Of a stretch of 64,000 nucleotides of DNA, positions 57,157-64,000 are shown piece after piece. The translations under genes were made by a program, and so were the position numbers. How positions within the stretch are numbered: the first letter of the stretch is position 1; every line of letters starts with the position of its first letter. This DNA comes from Escherichia coli 042. GTDB lineage: Bacteria; Pseudomonadota; Gammaproteobacteria; Enterobacterales; Enterobacteriaceae. The notes below the pieces were generated by a model that was not told the origin of the DNA, ran no database searches, and worked only from the letters and a program-made list of their open reading frames with translations. Location of the stretch: assembly GCF_000027125.1 (NCBI RefSeq), contig NC_017626.1; one strand, 5' to 3'.

Positions 57157-57402
57157 ATGAATTGTGATAATAATCACAGAAATGAAGAATTCATTGTTAC
57201 CTTTGATAAAGGCAACAAGCAAGACAATTCAAGACGAAAACACGATAATTTTCCTATAGAGGTAGAATCCTCCGTAGAGCTGGAGACACACTGTATCACA
57301 AATAATAAGTCGGCTTCCGGTATAGTAACACATGACTATGATGCCGATTATATTTGTGGTTGTGGTGAAATTATGTGTCCTGGTTGCGGTCATGACCTAT
57401 AA
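57157..57402 (+). CDS. small Cys-motif peptide (81 aa), function unknown
   Basis: ORF ending ...YICGCGEIMCPGCGHDL (CxC-x5-CPGC); located between the mchXIB and I47 modules. Confidence 0.3.
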   Translation: MNCDNNHRNEEFIVTFDKGNKQDNSRRKHDNFPIEVESSVELETHCITNNKSASGIVTHDYDADYICGCGEIMCPGCGHDL

Positions 57403-57556
57403 CAAACATATTTGCAAACTGATACCTGATCAGGTACAAGCCTGTTGATTATTATGCTGAATATTCCAGTTATCAATCCATCGATATGAACATTAACAAG
57501 AAAAAACATATATTGTTTATCTGAATATTTATCGATGGAAAACCAAAGGGGAAAGT

Positions 57557-57991
57557 ATGTATCTTACGAAAAAGATTATAATAAGTATGATGTTTATATT
57601 ACCATCTGCTGCATTTTCATCAGATCCACCTCCCCTTCAACAATCGTTAGAAAAAACAACCTATTTTTCTATAGGTATGAATGGGTTTATAGGCTATCAG
57701 AGCGAAGGGGAAAAATTATACACACACATTCTTACATTAGATAATCCCGAAGAGATATTTAAAAATATAATAAAAAATAGAAAGTCAACTAAGGAGTCTA
57801 AAATTTATGCTGCTTGTGGGCTATATTATTTAAACGTAGAAAATATAGAGTCATTGTTTAATGAAAATGATAAACAAGAATATGTGTCTGTCTTAAGAGG
57901 GGATATTTTAACAAAAATAAAACTGAATGATATTCTGAATTCTGTGATAATAAATGGTTGCAACACCAAATTAATATCTGAACATAAATGA
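57557..57991 (+). CDS. secreted protein upstream of microcin I47 gene (possible immunity/accessory protein)
   Basis: 144 aa with signal peptide MYLTKKIIISMMFILPSAAFS; precedes the I47 precursor by 16 nt; AT-rich codon usage. Confidence 0.4.
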   Translation: MYLTKKIIISMMFILPSAAFSSDPPPLQQSLEKTTYFSIGMNGFIGYQSEGEKLYTHILTLDNPEEIFKNIIKNRKSTKESKIYAACGLYYLNVENIESLFNENDKQEYVSVLRGDILTKIKLNDILNSVIINGCNTKLISEHK

Positions 57992-58007
57992 GCAGGAGGT
58001 TTTTAAA

Positions 58008-58241
58008 ATGAGAGAAATATCAGATAACATGCTTGATTCCGTGAAAGGAGGGATGAATCTTAATGGATTACCTGCTTCTACTAATGTAATAGATCTACGT
58101 GGAAAAGATATGGGAACATATATTGATGCTAATGGAGCATGCTGGGCTCCGGATACTCCATCCATCATCATGTATCCGGGGGGAAGTGGACCTTCTTATA
58201 GTATGAGTAGTTCCACATCCAGTGCAAACAGCGGCAGTTAA
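58008..58241 (+). CDS. mchS2: microcin I47 precursor
   Basis: MREISDNMLDSVKGG double-glycine leader, Ser-rich C-terminus ...SMSSSTSSANSGS. Confidence 0.6.
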   Translation: MREISDNMLDSVKGGMNLNGLPASTNVIDLRGKDMGTYIDANGACWAPDTPSIIMYPGGSGPSYSMSSSTSSANSGS

Positions 58242-58529
58242 ATAAATACCATCCGGCTATGCCGGAGGGTATTTATGATGTGCCTGTAAGACTCTACTTC
58301 TGTCGTCTCTTTACAAAGGCATATGATCTGACATTTTGTACCAGACATCTTAACGAGAGCCTTTTCATATATTACTTACATACGTGAAATCTACAGTATA
58401 AAGCAAAAATTTTATTAAACCTGTTTTATATTTATCATCAATACAACAGATTTAATTCCGGAAAGTCACTCATCACCCCTTGAATGAACGTCATTTGATG
58501 TATTATTCTTACACTTGGATTAATTTAAG

Positions 58530-59804
58530 ATGATACCTATGAAAAACTATCTTTTCCAGACTCCCGAAGATATTTGTGTACAGTTAAAAAAAATGACACA
58601 TCCTGTCACAATAAGAACAACAGATATTGCTAATTTCTGGCACTATCTTGAGTCAGCAACTCTTCCGGTGATCACAAAAAGCACCACTACAGAAAATCGG
58701 GAGGTTACATTTCTGTGGCGCTCAGAGAAAGCAGTGCAAGGCGTATATCTTCGCCTGAATCGTGTTACAGATAAAAAAGATGTCAAAAAAGGACTAATGA
58801 CTCATATCCCTTCGACAGATATCTGGATGCTGACACTGGTGTTACCAGCTTCATATCGGGGCTCATACTCATTTATAGAAATTCCCACAGATATGACACA
58901 AAAAGACATATTTCAACTAGGAAGTCGCTTCTCTCCATTACCCGGTAAATCTGATCCATTTAACAAAACAGCAGAAATAAATATACGAGGATTCGGAGAA
59001 TCAGTCCTTTCTCTTGATATGGCTCCTGAACAAAAGGAATGGGATGATACTTCCCATAAATGTACAGGTATTCTTTCAACATTACATTCCTTTGTTGCAG
59101 GATATCAACGCCGGATTCGTTTATATTTTCCCCAGAATCCAACATCAGTACCTCTTGGATTACTTGTGTTACCTGATGCTGAAATATGGTTTGACCGGAT
59201 GGATATTACCCGGGCATTAGATATGGCCATTACCACTGGTCATATTGCGCCAATGGCAATTATGGGGATAGACAATATTAATGAATCTGATCGTATGAAT
59301 ATACTGGGAGGCAATAAAGAACTTATCTTTGATATAGCGGAAAATCTGATACCCCAGTTATACAGAGACTACCCGAATATCGTATGGGCTGGTCGTTCTA
59401 ATACTATACTGGCCGGTCAGAGCCTCGGTGGAGTGACAGCACTGATGGCAGCTATATATGCGTCGACAACATTTGGTACAATCATTAGCCACTCACCTTC
59501 AATGTGGTGGAACCCTGACCAGGGCAGCCCGATTTTGTTTACTGAGAATGATATCTCCTGGGTAAGTGAGCAGATACTTTCAGCGCCTCCGAAAGATGTA
59601 AATATCCAACTTGGAGTCGGTTCTTTAGAAGGTACAACCGTCTCACATGTTCAGCGGTTGCATCAGTCGTTAATCGCAGCAGGTTTGGAAAGTAACCTCA
59701 CTGTCTATGCCGGTGGTCATGATTATGCCTGGTGGCGCGGAGCAATTATTGATGCATTAGCAAATTATAATTGCAGGAAGATATCAGATAATAACTTTGT
59801 GTAA
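58530..59804 (+). CDS. mchS1: enterobactin/salmochelin esterase (IroD/Fes-like)
   Basis: 424 aa; alpha/beta-hydrolase GQSLGG nucleophile motif; position next to the IroB-like glycosyltransferase. Confidence 0.65.
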   Translation: MIPMKNYLFQTPEDICVQLKKMTHPVTIRTTDIANFWHYLESATLPVITKSTTTENREVTFLWRSEKAVQGVYLRLNRVTDKKDVKKGLMTHIPSTDIWMLTLVLPASYRGSYSFIEIPTDMTQKDIFQLGSRFSPLPGKSDPFNKTAEINIRGFGESVLSLDMAPEQKEWDDTSHKCTGILSTLHSFVAGYQRRIRLYFPQNPTSVPLGLLVLPDAEIWFDRMDITRALDMAITTGHIAPMAIMGIDNINESDRMNILGGNKELIFDIAENLIPQLYRDYPNIVWAGRSNTILAGQSLGGVTALMAAIYASTTFGTIISHSPSMWWNPDQGSPILFTENDISWVSEQILSAPPKDVNIQLGVGSLEGTTVSHVQRLHQSLIAAGLESNLTVYAGGHDYAWWRGAIIDALANYNCRKISDNNFV

Positions 59805-59952
59805 GCGATTATCTCATCGTACCGATAACGCTTTCTGCAACATTATAACGGGAGACATACTCATTTATTTAGTTATGTCCTTCATCATATAAGTGAAGGA
59901 CATTCTATTACTCATGACATTTTTCGTCGATAATATCAGCAATACTATACAA

Positions 59953-61071
59953 TTATTTCCCGTTGTTTTTTAATTTTCTCATCAAAACCTCTGCGATCTC
60001 TGCAGGACTGGGTTGTTCAGCCATTTCAGCGGCTACCTGATCTGAACAGAAGCGTAGTGAATCATCATAAAGCAGGCGATTTACCAAATCACTGGTCAGT
60101 CCATGCTTGTCCGGAATAATCCCACACCCACGCATCGCAACAATTTCTGCATTAACAGAGCGATCTGCACCTTCGCCAAACACAATCTGTGGTATCCCAC
60201 TATACAACGCTGTCAGGGTATTACCTGCGCCACCATGATGAATAAATCCATCAGCTCCATTAAGGAATACACCCATAGGTATCCAGTCAACCAGACGTAC
60301 ATTTGATGGTAGTTTTCGTAATCCAGTACGAGCATTTATTGCAAGTTGCAAAATGATATCAGCATCAACTTCATTTGCAGAATCCATAACCCATGAAATC
60401 AGCTCCAGACCATCAACCATTGGTTTTACAGTGCCAAGGCTGATGAGTAAACGTTTTCGATCAGAATCCCTGTCCCACCATGTTTCCTTTACAGCACCTC
60501 CGTTATAAGGAATATATCTCATTGAGATAACCGGTTCTTCAGCATTTTTAAGAATGCTCATACTTGGGGGAGCAACATCAATCCATGCTAAATCACATAG
60601 TGGACCGCTGACTCCATGCCGCCTGTAAGCATTGCTTAAAGAACGGTTTAACATCTGAATATGGGCAGATGTATGCGCGAATCCAACAGCCAGCATCACT
60701 GAAGGAATTCTATATTTAGCAGCAACCAATGGGCCTGCCGGACCAAGCGGGGGATAGACTATTAAATCTGGCCTCCATTTTCCTGCAAAATCGATGAGGT
60801 TATCTGCCATTTCATCGCTAAAAAAAGAGAAATGACCAATAATATTACTTTTTTTCCTCAACTCTTCCTGATGGCGATATCCAGCCTCTGAATCTAAACT
60901 TGGAACTGCATCAAAAACAACCAGTCCAGCTTCTGCTGCTTTATTCGCGAATTTGCCAGCACTACTAATTACTACATCATGTCCGATTACACGAAAGGCC
61001 TGAGCCAGAGAAATCAATGGGTATAACAAACCGTACAGCGGTGGGCCAATAAAAAGAATACGTTTTCGCAT
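59953..61071 (-). CDS. mchA: enterobactin C-glucosyltransferase (IroB-like GT1)
   Basis: 372 aa; GT1 signature HHGGAGNTLTALYSGIPQIVFGEGADRSVNAEIV. Confidence 0.7.
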   Translation of the reverse strand: MRKRILFIGPPLYGLLYPLISLAQAFRVIGHDVVISSAGKFANKAAEAGLVVFDAVPSLDSEAGYRHQEELRKKSNIIGHFSFFSDEMADNLIDFAGKWRPDLIVYPPLGPAGPLVAAKYRIPSVMLAVGFAHTSAHIQMLNRSLSNAYRRHGVSGPLCDLAWIDVAPPSMSILKNAEEPVISMRYIPYNGGAVKETWWDRDSDRKRLLISLGTVKPMVDGLELISWVMDSANEVDADIILQLAINARTGLRKLPSNVRLVDWIPMGVFLNGADGFIHHGGAGNTLTALYSGIPQIVFGEGADRSVNAEIVAMRGCGIIPDKHGLTSDLVNRLLYDDSLRFCSDQVAAEMAEQPSPAEIAEVLMRKLKNNGK

Positions 61072-61419
61072 TAAAAAAGTCCGTCTTCTGCTTACCTGTT
61101 TATTTTTCTATCGCTAAGAAAACATAATTAATATTATTTTTATGTGAGCTTATGCACAAAAATAACCAAGTATCTTATCTTCTGGTAGAGATACAGGATA
61201 CAGTTTGTAGGAGCTTTCTTTTTTGAACAATGAGTTACAGGACAGTTATGCCAACCTACCGGAATCAGTATCACACCAATAAATGACAGATCATACCTGA
61301 AATTTGAATTAACAGGCATCATGAATGTCAATAGTCTAAGCGGTTACTACTTACATCGCTTGCATAAATACTAAACACTGACTAGAAAAGTATTGGATAA
61401 CCCCGTCACTAAAAGTAAC

Positions 61420-61514
61420 GCTTCGGTTATTTGCACAGAATACGACTCCTTCAGACTCTGTTGAATTTTGTTAAGCCGGTGCAGACACACGGGAAGGTGC
61501 GCATCAACACCGGT
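61420..61514. repeat. right copy of ~95-bp imperfect direct repeat (contains truncated 5' end of a 48109..48657-like gene)
   Basis: Shares gcttcggttatttgcac / tgttgaattttgttaagcc / gtgcagacaca / gcgcatcaacacc blocks with 48641..48732; the minus-strand reading VQITEA... here stops after 19 codons. Confidence 0.7.
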
Positions 61515-61705
61515 GTAATGCCAGTTATAAACAATGTGAATGGAATGACGAATCAGTCAGGAAAGAGCTACAACCTGCTGGCTGACCGGAGAGGGTCAGC
61601 AGGAAAATGAACGGTAATGTCGCCAGCACCAGGGACAGGGCTGATTTCCGCAATACCAGCGCCGGCATTTTGCACATTGCCAGCGTACCGGCATCACAAC
61701 ACGTT

Positions 61706-61942
61706 TCATGCTGCTGCTCCTCGTGATTCCTCAATTCGCTGCTGCATCCACTGCTCCACTTCACTTTTGTACCAGCGGCTGCTGCGGCCCAGCTTGATGG
61801 GTTTCGGGAAATGGCCTTCACTGATCAGCTTGTAAAACCATTTATCTGTCATACCGGTGAAACTGGTGATGTAGTTCATGTCGATCAGGGGATCGTCGGC
61901 ACGCAGCAACACGCAGTCGTGGCCTGTCATTGAGGTCAACAT
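61706..61942 (-). CDS. alpA: AlpA-family phage/island transcriptional regulator (excisionase-like HTH)
   Basis: ...MTDKWFYKLISEGHFPKPIKLGRSSRWYKSEVEQWMQQR matches the AlpA/Vis HTH family; true start probably internal. Confidence 0.6.
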   Translation of the reverse strand: MLTSMTGHDCVLLRADDPLIDMNYITSFTGMTDKWFYKLISEGHFPKPIKLGRSSRWYKSEVEQWMQQRIEESRGAAA

Positions 61943-62010
61943 GGTCAGAATATCCTCTGTGAGATTTATGAAGGTTGTGCGAATGCGGGGAAAGGTGCTG
62001 AGCCGTATTC

Positions 62011-62718
62011 TCAGAACGGTCCTGCAGATCCGGGATAGCCGGGATTACCGGCGAGGCAACGGGCTTCCGGATCGCACACACCACGACGATCGCGGGCGAA
62101 ATCACTGAACGCCCAGATCAAATCTTTGAGGATGTCTTCGCAGTCCGGTGAACGACTGTCCAGCACCACATCCCGGGTTATCTGTTTCTGGTACGGTGCC
62201 GCTTCCCCCGGTGACGCGAAGCCCAGTACGTTGCTCCAGGCATCCAGAATCAGCCGGTCCAGTTCGGGGCCGTCGAAATACTCCTGTCTGACGCACAGCA
62301 CCACGTGGTATTCCGGCTTTTCCGGATGACGGGTCAGGAGCCAGCAAAGGTCGCGTCCGGGTTTCGCATTCATCAGCGCACTGACGGTTTCGATAAAATC
62401 CATACCAAACCAGGTCTGTCTGCTGTTGAAGGCGTTGTCATGTTCCCACGGCAGACGAAGCAGGATCCGCCGTATCCGTGAGCCGGACTGCTCACGCAGC
62501 GCACGCTCAAGGACGCCGATGACTTTGTTCTGATAAGATGGCCAGAAGGGTGCCAGGCTATAGTCGAAATAAGGAATAGCATTCATAAGATATGTTCCGT
62601 TATGCGCAGCCCACAATGCGTCCTGCCCGTGAATGAGCTGACGTGTTATGGCTTGCGGATGAGATTGATGGAATAAGTGAAGAACTGAAGCAGAACGGGA
62701 AGATAAGGGACAGAACAC
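62011..62718 (-). CDS. hypothetical protein (island-associated, YfjI-position)
   Basis: 235-aa ORF upstream of alpA on the same strand; no motif recognised. Confidence 0.4.
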   Translation of the reverse strand: MFCPLSSRSASVLHLFHQSHPQAITRQLIHGQDALWAAHNGTYLMNAIPYFDYSLAPFWPSYQNKVIGVLERALREQSGSRIRRILLRLPWEHDNAFNSRQTWFGMDFIETVSALMNAKPGRDLCWLLTRHPEKPEYHVVLCVRQEYFDGPELDRLILDAWSNVLGFASPGEAAPYQKQITRDVVLDSRSPDCEDILKDLIWAFSDFARDRRGVCDPEARCLAGNPGYPGSAGPF

Positions 62719-62832
62719 CGGATTCAGGTTCAGGATGAATGATCTCCGTTGACTTCAGTTCACATCATTAATCAATGCGGTAAGTTTTTACCGACGGAGT
62801 GTTTCCAGGAGCGGAGGCTCAGGCCTTAAGCT

Positions 62833-63399
62833 TCAGAAGTGAGGCTTACGAGGACGCCCTGCAGCAGGACGTTCAGGAACTTCATTGCAGCCGTAGGCAC
62901 ACAGCCCGTCTTTTTGTTCTTCTTTCGCCAGATAATGCAGGGCACCGCGAATATTATCGATGCTTTCAGGATCGTTGTGGCGCACAGGAATGTTGATGTT
63001 GTATGCATAATGCGGCTGATATGTACAGCGGTGCGCCGAACCACAGTTATACGTAATTGCCTGCCAGCATTCCGCTATCCGCTCCGCAAAGGGATATATT
63101 TTTTTAACCCTCTGACGATCGATCCAGAAAACGACATGCGCATGAAAACCATGATCAGCCGTCCATTCAATCACCCAGAAGAAACCAACGATATTTTCAA
63201 ATTGTTCCACCTGCTCCAGCAGCATACGCAACTGCAATTCAAGCCAGCGATGATCAGGTTGTAAGAAATCAGGCGTATCTTTCCTGTAGAAGAAATCCAT
63301 GCGTAAGGCCCGCAGGCAGGAATAGCGTGCCATCATTTGATTGATGTGATTGTCAAGTAAAGCGGTAAAAAACCAGTTTGGTGTGTAAGATTTAGGCAT
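62833..63399 (-). CDS. inovirus Gp2-family (YfjJ/YagK-like) protein
   Basis: 188-aa ORF with ...WVIEWTADHGFHAHVVFWIDRQ... block resembling Gp2-family proteins of CP4-type islands (from memory). Confidence 0.45.
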   Translation of the reverse strand: MPKSYTPNWFFTALLDNHINQMMARYSCLRALRMDFFYRKDTPDFLQPDHRWLELQLRMLLEQVEQFENIVGFFWVIEWTADHGFHAHVVFWIDRQRVKKIYPFAERIAECWQAITYNCGSAHRCTYQPHYAYNINIPVRHNDPESIDNIRGALHYLAKEEQKDGLCAYGCNEVPERPAAGRPRKPHF

Positions 63400-64000
63400 G
63401 TTGATGACTCCTGAAAGTTAATGATGTTTTAAGCTCTGTGAACGAATTAATGCTTTCGCTCATAATCAGATCTAAAACGGTAATAACTTACAGATGGTAT
63501 TTATCAGGCATGCTGTAGCAGAATGGATACGACGGGTTATTAACGATACGCAGCATTATGCAGAAAGAAATGGATTATCTGATGGTATTAGCTAAAGAGA
63601 TGAGATAAACGAGGAGTAAAGAAAATACAGACTCAATAAAACATCACGAAATACTGCAAAATACGCGATAAAACACCACGACCAGAAGGTTAAGAAACAT
63701 ATTGCGACCAATCATAAACTACAAACTTGCTCTCAGTGGTTGTAAAAACCGTGTACAAGGCCAATGCAATAAACTTATATGCGCTCATTCAATCTGTTCT
63801 TAAGGACATGAACATTCACGGCTCACGATAGCAGAATAAAAAATACCACTGACATGATTTTCATCCTGCATCTTAGATAATACAACCCAGAACAAACATA
63901 ATCAGGAATCTCTCCTGTCAATTCCATTGTTTATCCAGCTCTGTTAATCGTTACAGAATCATGGATACCTTATCAAAAAGTAAACATTCGGTTAATCAGT

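Noticed and set aside
61525-61821. 98-aa minus-strand ORF
   Set aside because: Overlaps the AlpA-like gene in another frame and extends into the direct-repeat region; Ala/Ser-rich, probably spurious.

Overview
The window has two parts. Positions 1-27200 are conserved Escherichia coli chromosomal backbone of the K-12 type: speB (partial), speA, yqgB, metK, galP, sprT, endA, rsmE, gshB, yqgE, ruvX, yggR, yggS, yggT, yggU, rdgB, hemW, yggM, ansB, yggN, yggL, trmB, mutY, yggX, mltC, nupG, speC, yqgA and tRNA-Phe (pheV), with REP-type repeats and hairpin terminators between operons. From 27398 to the window end lies a composite genomic island integrated at pheV, starting with a P4-type tyrosine integrase. 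Its cargo, in order: a phosphoethanolamine-transferase-like gene and an outer-membrane beta-barrel gene bounded by a duplicated integrase 3' fragment; a three-gene TerB-domain protein / P-loop ATPase / DExH helicase operon that I recognise as the Shango-type anti-phage architecture; an IbrA/IbrB-like (PAPS-reductase-like plus ParB-like) four-gene operon; an apparently split ImpA-N (TssA/VasL-like) gene; a NERD-SF1 helicase fusion; an IS3-family transposase remnant; and a complete siderophore-microcin cluster (microcin M, H47 and I47 precursors with CvaA/CvaB-type export and IroB/IroD-like modification genes), bracketed by an imperfect ~95 bp direct repeat. An AlpA plus Gp2-family module sits at the right edge and the island continues past the window. 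No CRISPR array or rRNA was seen. All calls come from reading the sequence and ORF translations against recalled protein families; no database search was run, and start codons in the ORF track include GTG/TTG, so several starts were re-assigned by eye.
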